Virus record (IMG/VR): IMGVR_UViG_3300044959_000131
Coordinates: 32,001 to 96,000 of that record
Source: a virus
Length of the DNA stretch: 64,000 nucleotides
Reading direction: 5' to 3' (one strand)
Shown here: positions 8,762-18,308 of the stretch, piece after piece
Position numbering within the stretch: the stretch's first letter is position 1
Layout: every line of letters starts with the position of its first letter
Notes under the pieces: generated by a model
Seen by the model: the letters and a program-made list of their open reading frames with translations, nothing else
The model's database searches: none
Told to the model about the DNA's origin: nothing
Made by a program: the position numbers and the translations under genes

Positions 8762-9784
8762 ATGGCTGTCGCCGTCAACGTCTTCGTAAAAGATACCAAC
8801 GTCCCTCCGCAGCCCATACCTGGGGTTGTAGTCAACGTCTATGACGCATCGACTTTGACATTTGTTACGAGCGGAACGACAGACGCACTCGGAAAAGCCT
8901 CTTTCCTCCTACCAGGATCGCCTGCACCCGGAACAAGCTACGAACTTCGTTTTTTCAAGTCTGGGGTCGTCTTCCAGAATCCAAAGTTGATCGCCGTTCT
9001 TGAACCAGTAGCCCCACCGAACACAAATGACTTCGATGTTTCTGGAACCGTTGTCAATCTGCCAATCGCAACGGACCCAAGGATGTGTCGTTGCACTGGC
9101 CAATTTGTAAACTTCGGTGGGCAACCGGTTCGAAACACACTCGTCAAGGTGAGTTCGATACTTGGGGCTGGAAACCTTACGAAGCCACCTGACAAGCCAA
9201 TTGTACCTTGGCTTCAGGTCCCACCTCCGTCTCCTCCAAATATTCTTACCGGATTTCAAGTCCCGAAAGTCGTCGACGGAAAGATGGTCTCTGTATCGAC
9301 GATGGAGTACAGGACAGATGATAATGGGAAAGTCACATTCGATCTCATTCGTAATGGACAGTACTACGTTACGTTCGCTGGTGAAGAGGACCACATCTGG
9401 CCTATAGTTGTCCCGGACCGACCTTCGGCCAATCTCATCGATCTCATTCACCCAGAGCCAAAAACCCTTACCTGGGATCCAGTCGACGCTCCAGGAGATT
9501 CAGTCTCGTTATCTGTCGGTCAAACTAAGAGCGTCAAGTTCTCAGTTCTTTTCTCGAACTTCATTTCGTACTCCGCACACCTGTCTCACATCATCCAATT
9601 CACTAACTCCGACGGTAACAAGGCTGATGTTTTCTACGATTCCGGTAACGGGGTCTTGAAAATCACTGGGAAGTCAGTAGGAGCTCTAAACGTCACAGTC
9701 TCTGTACTTCCAAACCTTACTCCTGTAAGAGTCCCGCCATATTCTATTACATCAGCCCCTCTCTCGGTAACTGTCACTCCATAA
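8762..9784 (+). CDS. Virion structural protein with carboxypeptidase-regulatory/Ig-like domains
   Basis: VNVFVKD...PIPGVVVNVYD...SGTTDALGKASF is a typical carboxypeptidase-regulatory-like start. A second repeat (YRTDDNGKVTFDL) and an Ig-like C-terminus follow. Confidence 0.6.
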   Translation: MAVAVNVFVKDTNVPPQPIPGVVVNVYDASTLTFVTSGTTDALGKASFLLPGSPAPGTSYELRFFKSGVVFQNPKLIAVLEPVAPPNTNDFDVSGTVVNLPIATDPRMCRCTGQFVNFGGQPVRNTLVKVSSILGAGNLTKPPDKPIVPWLQVPPPSPPNILTGFQVPKVVDGKMVSVSTMEYRTDDNGKVTFDLIRNGQYYVTFAGEEDHIWPIVVPDRPSANLIDLIHPEPKTLTWDPVDAPGDSVSLSVGQTKSVKFSVLFSNFISYSAHLSHIIQFTNSDGNKADVFYDSGNGVLKITGKSVGALNVTVSVLPNLTPVRVPPYSITSAPLSVTVTP

Positions 9785-9793
9785 GGTCGTATC

Positions 9794-10180
9794 ATGATAG
9801 AGACGTGGACTCCGCCTCAAGATGAGTTCGCTGGGACAGTATCTACAGGAAACAGAACCGTTGAGAGGTACGCTGGCTATAAGGCGCTTTGGATGAGAGT
9901 TATCATCCGAGCAGCTTTCGACTTGGCCTCATACAAAGACGACCGTCGAGTGGCGTTGCGAAAGTACGCCGAAAGCGCCCACAAATGGCTGTTCGAAAAG
10001 AGCCTGCTGTTCAACTCGTTTGAGAATATCTGTGCGATGCTAGGCATCGAGCCAGATCCTATTCGGGAGTGGGCCTCGACATTGACCAAAGAAGATGTTC
10101 AGAAGATGGAGCATCTAGAGAGAGGCGGGGTCAGGGACGTGGTCAAAGACGTGAGGCTTATGCTATCGAGGCGAAGTTGA
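9794..10180 (+). CDS. Conserved-type phage protein of unknown function (helical, possibly DNA-binding)
   Basis: ALWMRVIIRAAFDL...AHKWLF...SFENICAMLGIEPDPIRE is a pattern I recognise from many phage hypothetical proteins. Function not assignable. Confidence 0.6.
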   Translation: MIETWTPPQDEFAGTVSTGNRTVERYAGYKALWMRVIIRAAFDLASYKDDRRVALRKYAESAHKWLFEKSLLFNSFENICAMLGIEPDPIREWASTLTKEDVQKMEHLERGGVRDVVKDVRLMLSRRS

Positions 10181-10207
10181 GAGCGAACATGTCGAGGATC
10201 GAAAACA

Positions 10208-12388
10208 ATGAGGTCTGTGTCAGACCAATCTCGATTCCTCCTATCCAGGAGAGTTGCAGAAGCTAGACGTTCCGGGGCGATGTCTCCGGATGCAGAAGCC
10301 CTGGCATTGTTCGAGAGCATTGCACTTAATCTCCTGCTGCATCCAAGAAGCGTTCTTCTCTTCGCCATCCTCGCTAAAAATGGCTTGAGGAAGGCAGTTC
10401 TCGACGAACGGTCTGTTATTTCAGATATCAAGTCTGCTCTCGAAGACATCGGAAACGTAAGCTTAGATGTCACTTCGACAAAGCATCTGAAGACAGCTCG
10501 TAATGCACTTCTTCGGCTTGAGGAACTCGACCGAATCTCTACGGACCACAATCAGTACAAGAAGTTCGATGCGTCGGTTTCGGAGTTTCTCAACAATGTA
10601 ATCTCGAAGAGCGTCCGTAGGCCTGGAGCCACAAGCCTGGTGCGTCCTGGAACAGAGGCGAGCCTGGACTTCGCATCGTCTTTAGATTTGCTGACTGAAC
10701 TTCACTCGGATCTACTTGACCGTCTCTATGCCATTGCAGTCGGCGTCAACAACTTCTTGACGTCTCCGATATCGACGGTCATTGGTGTGACAACGGCGGC
10801 GAGGGCCAGATCCGACATAGAAGATATCATTCAAAAAATCGAGGAGAATGGAAGTGCTCCGGCTGATAGAGACATGGCCATACGTCTCATTACCGATAGA
10901 GCCGCTGTGAAGGCCATTGGCTCTCTGCCCAACATCTTCGATCCAGTCATTGATTCTACAAGGCAATTACCTCTCACTTACAGTCTGAGAGCAGCGAGCG
11001 ATTTGTCGAGAGCATCCGTCAAATCGCTCCAAGGACCGTTTGTACTTCCGGCACTCGCAAAGATTGCCATCACTGTAAACGGGACGTCGATTCCTTTAAC
11101 AAGCTTTCCTCAGACGGATGTCGACCTCAACAACAAAGCTGCCATCGTAGGGAACCCTGTCAGCTTCCCAATTTCTATTCCTCCGAACAGCTACCTTTTT
11201 GTCATCGTTAATGATACATCTCACAAGATTGGCCCTCTGACACCAGGTTCAATTTCGAAGAGCGCCTTCCTTGCCGACATCGCAGCAAAAATCTCAAGCT
11301 CAACACTCTCCGGAGAGTTGGTCGTAAAGGAATTCGTCAAGCCTGGTACAGACCGTATTCTCATCTATGCCAACACGGCGTCCAAGCTTCGAATCGTCGA
11401 CCTCCACGTTGGTAATGACACGGACATCATCGGAGGAAGTGAGGCTACTACACCAAGTCGTGCCATTTACGACAGGTCGATCCATGGACTCATCGGATTC
11501 GAAGGGACAGAAATCGGATACGCTGGCGCAACTACGTTACAGGTCGTAGTAGATGCGCTGAATTACATCTTCGGTTCCATTGTCACAGTCACTCGTAACG
11601 ATGATTCGAGATTCACATTAACAACAAACTCATCGTCGATTGGGACGTCGATGACCATCGATGCTCCTACTGTCTTGGGAATCTCTGGCACCTTCAAGGC
11701 GTCTTCTCCGACGTTCAGACTGTACGGAACTGTAAATGGCGTACCGACTGACCCAGTGAGCCCGGTTGGATTGTTGGACATCGGAGATGTAGTCGAGACT
11801 CCAACTGGTTCAGGGAAGGTTGTTGGTGTCACAAAGTCACGTGTAACTCTGTCCAACTCAATTCCAACATTCGATGGTAATATCGTCGTCAAAAGCGCAC
11901 TTACGATTGCCTATCAATCACTGGAATCGATGTTGCGGCCGTTTCTTGAGAAATGGCTCAATGAAGAATTCGCAAGTGACTTGCGGAAGTTGATCATTGC
12001 AGCCTCTTCAATACGAGCCGGGTCTCCGCAGTCCCAGAGGAATGTTGTTCTAGATTTTCTGAATCGACTTGATCAACAGCTTGCAGATCTTCTATCGAGG
12101 CTCGATGACCCGTCTACAGTCCTTCCGAGCCAATCGGCATCGAAGGAGAGAATCATCGTTGACGGAATAACCACTTCTTTGGAGGAGAGGAAGTTTGATA
12201 GGGCTTTGGATCTTTTCCTACGCTGCAAAATCCAAGAGGCCCTTGAGTCAACTTTAGATACAGCTTCCTATGGAGGGTCCCTTCTCAAAGCGATTTCTGA
12301 TTTTGCCAGGACGGATATGGTCGTTCCAAATCGCGCTTTGGACGAGGGTCTTGAGAGTACTCATTCACAGGATATCAAGGGTCTATGA
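10208..12388 (+). CDS. Large baseplate/tail structural protein
   Basis: 726 aa, helical ends with a beta-rich middle. GAGG RBS. Lies upstream of the gp25-like and baseplate-J genes. Confidence 0.55.
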   Translation: MRSVSDQSRFLLSRRVAEARRSGAMSPDAEALALFESIALNLLLHPRSVLLFAILAKNGLRKAVLDERSVISDIKSALEDIGNVSLDVTSTKHLKTARNALLRLEELDRISTDHNQYKKFDASVSEFLNNVISKSVRRPGATSLVRPGTEASLDFASSLDLLTELHSDLLDRLYAIAVGVNNFLTSPISTVIGVTTAARARSDIEDIIQKIEENGSAPADRDMAIRLITDRAAVKAIGSLPNIFDPVIDSTRQLPLTYSLRAASDLSRASVKSLQGPFVLPALAKIAITVNGTSIPLTSFPQTDVDLNNKAAIVGNPVSFPISIPPNSYLFVIVNDTSHKIGPLTPGSISKSAFLADIAAKISSSTLSGELVVKEFVKPGTDRILIYANTASKLRIVDLHVGNDTDIIGGSEATTPSRAIYDRSIHGLIGFEGTEIGYAGATTLQVVVDALNYIFGSIVTVTRNDDSRFTLTTNSSSIGTSMTIDAPTVLGISGTFKASSPTFRLYGTVNGVPTDPVSPVGLLDIGDVVETPTGSGKVVGVTKSRVTLSNSIPTFDGNIVVKSALTIAYQSLESMLRPFLEKWLNEEFASDLRKLIIAASSIRAGSPQSQRNVVLDFLNRLDQQLADLLSRLDDPSTVLPSQSASKERIIVDGITTSLEERKFDRALDLFLRCKIQEALESTLDTASYGGSLLKAISDFARTDMVVPNRALDEGLESTHSQDIKGL

Positions 12389-12699
12389 GCGACTTGAGAA
12401 AGATCCTTCACTCGGCCTACACCTTCATCCGTAGCCAGGAAATAAACAAGGCCACGGCTTCTCTGACTCTTGACCACCTGATCCAAGAACAGATTACGAG
12501 GCTCAAGAAAGGAGAAACACGGGCAGTACTTGATGCAAAGGGCGAGAGCATGGGGAACAGAATCTCGTACCTTGACACTTTGGACTCACTTGAGAAGGAG
12601 CTGAGCGACGTCATCAAGGCAGTACAGAACGCAGGAAATGACCAAGATAAGCTTGCAGAACTCGGTCTTGAGGTTCTCGATAAGGAGACCGAATCGTGA
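12385..12699 (+). CDS. Hypothetical helical protein
   Basis: ATGA overlap with the upstream stop and GTGA overlap with the downstream start. Confidence 0.7.
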   Translation: MSDLRKILHSAYTFIRSQEINKATASLTLDHLIQEQITRLKKGETRAVLDAKGESMGNRISYLDTLDSLEKELSDVIKAVQNAGNDQDKLAELGLEVLDKETES

Positions 12700-13343
12700 A
12701 AGATTTCAAAATCGTCCACACTAGAAGCCTGCTTGATGTCTACTCGATAGCTCCGATTCGAGGTTTCAGCCCTCCATCCATAGTGGTCGTAGGTCCAGAC
12801 ATGGCTTCAGCGAGTGAAGTCATTTACAATGGTATCTTGGCGACCGAGTTCATTGTATCTTCGCCAACAAGACTAATCGTCCGAATTCCGCCAACTCAGG
12901 TTGGTAAGGACCTTACAGACTTCAAGGTTTTTGCGTCAAAGCCAGTTCTTCGTGGAGATGCGTCACTTGTCTTGGAACTTTCAAAACCACTTCAGTCCGT
13001 ATCAGGGATGGACAGACTTGTTCAGAGCTGGGTGATGATTTTCCTGACGACTCCTGGCTCAGATGTGTTCTCTCCGCAGAGCGGTGGTGGAGCAATGTCA
13101 ATCATCGGCGCACCAATTAATAGAAGGGGGAAGAGCGCGGCTGCGGATTTAAGCCTCGCAATCGACAATACACAAAGAGAGCTCATCAAGCTCCAATCTC
13201 AAACTCGAGGTATTCCACCGGAAGAACGTCTCTTGTCGAGCTCTCTTGAATCTATCGTGTCAGACGAGTCGACAGGAACATTGTCAGCTCGGGTTTTGAT
13301 CAAAAACATGGTAAACCAAACCGCCCAAGTATCGCTGAGCTAA
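12696..13343 (+). CDS. Baseplate wedge protein, gp25/GPW-like C-terminal domain with an IPT/TIG-like N-terminus
   Basis: VSGMDRLVQSWVMIFLTTPGSDVFSPQSGGG resembles the gp25 family. Directly precedes baseplate J. Confidence 0.7.
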   Translation: MKDFKIVHTRSLLDVYSIAPIRGFSPPSIVVVGPDMASASEVIYNGILATEFIVSSPTRLIVRIPPTQVGKDLTDFKVFASKPVLRGDASLVLELSKPLQSVSGMDRLVQSWVMIFLTTPGSDVFSPQSGGGAMSIIGAPINRRGKSAAADLSLAIDNTQRELIKLQSQTRGIPPEERLLSSSLESIVSDESTGTLSARVLIKNMVNQTAQVSLS

Positions 13344-13346
13344 ACA

Positions 13347-16300
13347 ATGGCCAAGTCAAACCTCAGATCATTCTTAGAAGATCGTCTACGGTCTCTTGAC
13401 CCTACTATTGACCTTAGTCCTGGGTCTCCGGCTCAGGTCCAGTTTATCGAACCTGTTCTGAAGTACCTTGGAACTGATCCGTTCGAGACTGATATTGACT
13501 CATTTATCACCGACAGGTTCGCTCAAGAGTTCCCAGACATCTTCGCCGGGGATCCAGGTGTCGTACGGGACATCTTTATCAAGCCTCTCATCCTACTTCT
13601 CGAGCCTTTCAAGCGAGAGACGGAAGCCATCAAGAGGAACCAGTCTCTAAAAGACCCGACTGTCCTATCAGACGAGGATGCTGATGCCCTCGTTGCAAAC
13701 GTCTTCGATGAACGAGATTCTGGATCATTCGCGACCGGGACCGCGAGGGTTATTTTTCCGAACCCGACAAACGTCCAGATCGAAATTACCACTCGGTTCT
13801 TCACCGCCGACGGATTGAGCTACTACCCAACAAATCCCATCTCCATCACTGCAGAGGAGATGGCATTTAACAAGACTGGCACACAGTACTTCATCGACGT
13901 TCCTGTAAAGGCCGAGAAGCAAGGATCGGAGTACAATATCGACGTTGGGACTCTCTCTGGAGTGGATGGCCTCTTCGGAGCCGTCCGAGTCACGAATCTA
14001 CACAAGTTTGAGAACGGAACAGCCAAGGTCGACACACCAACATTCATTGCACAAGCCAGAGAGGCAATGAATGAGAGATCCCTTGTTACGAGACGTGGAG
14101 CCACGGCTCGAATTGGTGATGTCTTTCAGACAGAGATCAGAGCTATTCAAGTAATCGGAGCCAAAGATCCAGAGATGGAGAGAGATATCTTAGTTGCTCT
14201 TTCCCCTGGACATCAGTGGATTACTGGCGTCGTCTCTTTTTGGAAGAAGATGGCCCTTGTTCGTGCAAGAACGATCGAGGGAGACGAAACAGACATCCCT
14301 GTTCCAGGAGATACACTTTACTGCTATCTCCCTAAGTCATTATTTCCAGCACTGGATCAGAGGTCACGTCTCGTAAGGTTGAAGGTTGAGCAGTTATACA
14401 TCGGACCTCTACCTATATCATCGCCATATCAGACGATGTACATCGTTCAGTGGTCCGGGAGCTTCCCGCCTGGCGTGGTCATCGCCGACGGAAGTTCTTT
14501 TGAAGGTGGCTTCTCTAAGAAGGGAAACATCGCCATCAGATCTCTCCCAGGACTTGGTTCTACGAGTATCACCGTACCAAACGGAGAGGTTCATGTATTT
14601 GGCCATACAGACTTCTACGTGCGGCCAATACTTCAGAAGACCTCGACCGCTATCATCAATGAACTCGCAGATAGCAGGTCAATAGTGGAGAGACTGACAC
14701 TCCAAACATTTGGTCTGACAACGGAGAAGAACAAGGTACAGGACACTGGGGCTCCCTCAATTGACTTTGTAAGTCTTGGCGTAGAGCCAGGAGACCTTCT
14801 CAGCATCGAGACAGGAGACGACACCGGCGTATACACCATTCGCGAGGTTACACCTTCGACTTTGTGGCTCGGATCGAATCTTACAAAGTCTCAGTCAAAC
14901 ATTAGATACCGAATTATCAAGAGCATCACCATAGACCCATTCGAGCCAAAGATTCACAAGTTCCCGTTTGCATCTATACTAGCCAACGATTTGCAAACGA
15001 CAATCGGTTCGAACCTCTTCAAGCTCACGTCAAACGACATGACAAGTTTTGGCGTGAAAGTAGGGGATGTCATCAGGGTAAAAAGCGATATTATCGCTGG
15101 CGACTACACGATAGTTGGATTCGACTCAGTTCTCGGTGGACGAGGTCTTCTCGTAGACAGGAAGGCGTCAGCGACGATATCAGGTCTGCAGTACGAGATT
15201 TTCACTCCGCTTGAAAAGATTGAAAGGCCGCTTGTCAGAATCAAGGACATCACTCTTCTAGACTCCGCTGGTCAAGCAACTGGCATCTCAATTCCACTTG
15301 CACAGCCAGTTGGAGTCGTACCAACAAGTAACTTCTCCTCTGCAAGAGTTCGCGGATCCAGCCAGAGACGAAGTGGATTTGTACTACCGAGCTTCAAGAC
15401 CACACCTTTCACAACATACCTTTCTGGAGGACCGGTAAGTGCTCCATCAGGAGACCGTAGATACTCACTTGGATTTGACACTCCAGAAGGGTGGTACTTC
15501 CCGGTCCAATTTGCCGACTTGACGTACGCTGAGTTGGACTACAGAGCAAATCCGTTATCTGGCAAAGGGGATCAGCTTGAACCAGCAAGTTACTTTGTCT
15601 GCGTAGCTGAAGAACTCGATGATTCAGAGAACTTCCCGCCGATCGATCCGAAGCCTGGAGAGTGCCTGAGCATCAAAAACGGCCCGAACAAGGGAAATTA
15701 CATCATCAAGGACGTCATCAAATTCAAGCATCGTCTTACGGCTCCATCGAGGACCGTTTGGACATACTTCATCAAAATCTATGGCTCCTTCCCTGTTGAC
15801 GTTCTCGGCCAACTCTTTGACTTCTTGAACGACGTCGGAGGCGCGGCCGCAGTAACAGAACTGCCGATAACGGGAACCGTCCCTTACCCAGACTTCTTCA
15901 AGAACCTCTACAACTCGCTCGGTACGAAAATTCATGCCGCGCTTTCCATTCTTGGAGTCTCTAGTCCTCCATCTGCAAGCGATCTTCAGGCGGCCCTCGA
16001 TTCGCTTGTCTTCAGCGATTATGACTGGGGAGACCCAGCCCGAGGTGTACTACGTACGTTCTTCCAGAGCCCTACTCTCTTTGAGCAGAGAACAGGTGAT
16101 AAAAACCCAACGACGTACAGCTTCGTCACCAAATCCGGTGAAACAATTCGATTCAGGTGCGACACCAATCGGTACAGGAAGCAGGAGATCATTCCTCCAA
16201 GACTGACGTCTGATGCAGATCCTTTGGACTATCCAAGAGATCTCGACGTTGCGATAACTCTCACCTACTCGGCTCAGACATCGAACTTCACGGTCGGCAA

Positions 16301-18026
16301 GAAATTGACTGGACAGTCGAGTGGGGCATCAGCAATCATCATCGCTGATACCGATTCTGGTTCCACAGGAACACTAACCCTGAAGAACGTAGTCGGAGCA
16401 TTCGAGCCTGGAGAAGTAATCGTCGACGATAATGCTGTTCCTGGTAGTGCTACGGCTGGGTCGGTTGGTGCATCGAATATCGTCAACTTTACCGACATCT
16501 CTCGACCATCGATCTTCTCTCTTGGGGTCGTCCCTGGAGATGTCCTTTCTGTGCATGAGGAGATCTTCTTCCACGGAACAGACAATAGCCGTCAGACAGC
16601 TGTTCAGACGATTGCTGGGACCCCTCAAATCACAGCTCCATCGACATCTGGAAACATCTTCACTCCCGACATGGTTGGCAACTTGCTCTACATCGAACAA
16701 GGGCAAGACGCTGGTGCCTACCGCGTCGTCAAGTTCATCGATGGTAGAAACATTGTTCTCGATAAAGCCCTGACAGAGTCGACTCCGACAATCCTAGCAC
16801 AGGGTATTTTGACCTCTTGGGGGCACGATGGTGGGGCCAATAAAATCATGTCCGTTCCTCCACCTCCTTCTCCTCCATTCGACTTCAGCCCATACATAGG
16901 GAAGTTCATCACCATCTATGGGATGAGCTACAAGTTCCAAGGCTCTTACGAGATTACTGGAGCCCCTGCTCTTGGTGCATGTATCATCTCGAAACCGTCT
17001 CCAGACTTCCCAGGATCGCCCATACTTCACTCTGAGACGGACGCGCATTGGGTCATTACTGATGCCCCGGTCTCCCCTCCAGCAACATCTGAGAGTGGTA
17101 CTGAACTCTACGCTTTGCGTCCGATTCGGATGTACAAGTCGGCCGCAAAAGACATTGTGATAACTTCTAGAGTCAACAACGACCTGTCTCTATCTCAGGC
17201 CGTCATAGCGACTTCTCCAACCTTGACGCCCGGTCTCAGGCAGCCTTTCAGGATCTATCGAAAGGACGTTCGTCGTGTAACTCCATCAGAGATGGAAGAG
17301 AACAGGTTCGGTCAGCTTGTGTACTTCGACACCGAGGTGAGCTCTTTATCACCGTATGAATCGGCAAACATCGATGCGGAGTCGTTCCTAACTGTCGATG
17401 AGGGAACGTACTCCTCATTTGGGTACAGACACCACCCGGACGACAGAACACTGACCTACTCGATGAAGGAGAGCGGTACTCTGAGTATTTCTCCACGTAT
17501 CCTACCGGTTGGAAGTCCGGATAGCGAGGATAATTTCATCAATCTCCTAGGCTCGTCGGTGAGGGTCACCTACGAGAGGTCAGACTTGGTAGAGAAGGTC
17601 CAAGAGTTCGCTGATTCCGCTCAAGACCGTGTTACGTCAGCAAACATCTTGGTCCGGCACTTCCTGCCTGCTTATGTCTCGTATGATGCAGAGTACTTTG
17701 GAGGAAGCGCTCCTAGTGTCATTGCATCGGATATAATCAATTACATCGACAATCTACCTGTTGAGCAGCCGCTGGACGTCTCAGAGATTCAAGACTTGAT
17801 ATCAAGACGTGGTGGCAACATAGTCACTCCAACGACTGTTCAGATTCTAATTCATGACTGGTCGAGGAGAGTATGGCTTGAGTTCAGCTCTAATCAGGTT
17901 GGTGGGACTGTTACCAAGGTACCATACGATGGTACTCCTCGGGTCTCATTCTTCATCCCAGGTCCGGATGTTTCTGGGCAAGACCCAATCCCTGAAGGAG
18001 AGCGAATCAATCTGACTCGGTATTAG
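13347..18026 (+). CDS. Giant baseplate J / gp6-like wedge protein with about 1100 aa of inserted beta modules
   Basis: The N-terminal DLSPGS...RDIFIKP...ATGTARVIF...YFIDVPVKAEKQGSEYNI...VRVTN...G is baseplate-J-like. The C-terminal NILVRHFLP...IINYIDNL is J-like. Confidence 0.8.
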   Translation: MAKSNLRSFLEDRLRSLDPTIDLSPGSPAQVQFIEPVLKYLGTDPFETDIDSFITDRFAQEFPDIFAGDPGVVRDIFIKPLILLLEPFKRETEAIKRNQSLKDPTVLSDEDADALVANVFDERDSGSFATGTARVIFPNPTNVQIEITTRFFTADGLSYYPTNPISITAEEMAFNKTGTQYFIDVPVKAEKQGSEYNIDVGTLSGVDGLFGAVRVTNLHKFENGTAKVDTPTFIAQAREAMNERSLVTRRGATARIGDVFQTEIRAIQVIGAKDPEMERDILVALSPGHQWITGVVSFWKKMALVRARTIEGDETDIPVPGDTLYCYLPKSLFPALDQRSRLVRLKVEQLYIGPLPISSPYQTMYIVQWSGSFPPGVVIADGSSFEGGFSKKGNIAIRSLPGLGSTSITVPNGEVHVFGHTDFYVRPILQKTSTAIINELADSRSIVERLTLQTFGLTTEKNKVQDTGAPSIDFVSLGVEPGDLLSIETGDDTGVYTIREVTPSTLWLGSNLTKSQSNIRYRIIKSITIDPFEPKIHKFPFASILANDLQTTIGSNLFKLTSNDMTSFGVKVGDVIRVKSDIIAGDYTIVGFDSVLGGRGLLVDRKASATISGLQYEIFTPLEKIERPLVRIKDITLLDSAGQATGISIPLAQPVGVVPTSNFSSARVRGSSQRRSGFVLPSFKTTPFTTYLSGGPVSAPSGDRRYSLGFDTPEGWYFPVQFADLTYAELDYRANPLSGKGDQLEPASYFVCVAEELDDSENFPPIDPKPGECLSIKNGPNKGNYIIKDVIKFKHRLTAPSRTVWTYFIKIYGSFPVDVLGQLFDFLNDVGGAAAVTELPITGTVPYPDFFKNLYNSLGTKIHAALSILGVSSPPSASDLQAALDSLVFSDYDWGDPARGVLRTFFQSPTLFEQRTGDKNPTTYSFVTKSGETIRFRCDTNRYRKQEIIPPRLTSDADPLDYPRDLDVAITLTYSAQTSNFTVGKKLTGQSSGASAIIIADTDSGSTGTLTLKNVVGAFEPGEVIVDDNAVPGSATAGSVGASNIVNFTDISRPSIFSLGVVPGDVLSVHEEIFFHGTDNSRQTAVQTIAGTPQITAPSTSGNIFTPDMVGNLLYIEQGQDAGAYRVVKFIDGRNIVLDKALTESTPTILAQGILTSWGHDGGANKIMSVPPPPSPPFDFSPYIGKFITIYGMSYKFQGSYEITGAPALGACIISKPSPDFPGSPILHSETDAHWVITDAPVSPPATSESGTELYALRPIRMYKSAAKDIVITSRVNNDLSLSQAVIATSPTLTPGLRQPFRIYRKDVRRVTPSEMEENRFGQLVYFDTEVSSLSPYESANIDAESFLTVDEGTYSSFGYRHHPDDRTLTYSMKESGTLSISPRILPVGSPDSEDNFINLLGSSVRVTYERSDLVEKVQEFADSAQDRVTSANILVRHFLPAYVSYDAEYFGGSAPSVIASDIINYIDNLPVEQPLDVSEIQDLISRRGGNIVTPTTVQILIHDWSRRVWLEFSSNQVGGTVTKVPYDGTPRVSFFIPGPDVSGQDPIPEGERINLTRY

Positions 18027-18285
18027 CCCGAGTGACAATGTTGCTATAAGGATCAAACTCTGATTGACACTGGACGCATTTGAGGAGCTTGTTTGGTAGT
18101 GGTACTCCGGCGGTGAAGGGGTTTTTCGTGTTCAAGAATACTTCGTGGTTGCGTGAGCCACAGACAGGACACGAAGAATTTCTGAAGAAGGCATCTTCCT
18201 TCTTCGCCATCGGTGTGAGTACATCTTCATGTCCTTCAAGCGCCTTTATGATGATTTCTGGATCCAACTCTCTGAACGCGGGCAT
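18007..18285 (-). CDS. Small Zn-ribbon protein encoded antisense within the structural operon
   Basis: AAGGAG RBS 6 nt before the ATG. CPVCG and CVQCQ pairs. Fills the gap between two + strand genes and overlaps the J stop by 20 nt. Confidence 0.75.
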   Translation of the reverse strand: MPAFRELDPEIIIKALEGHEDVLTPMAKKEDAFFRNSSCPVCGSRNHEVFLNTKNPFTAGVPLPNKLLKCVQCQSEFDPYSNIVTRANTESD

Positions 18286-18308
18286 CTACGGCTCCTTGTG
18301 AGGTTTCA

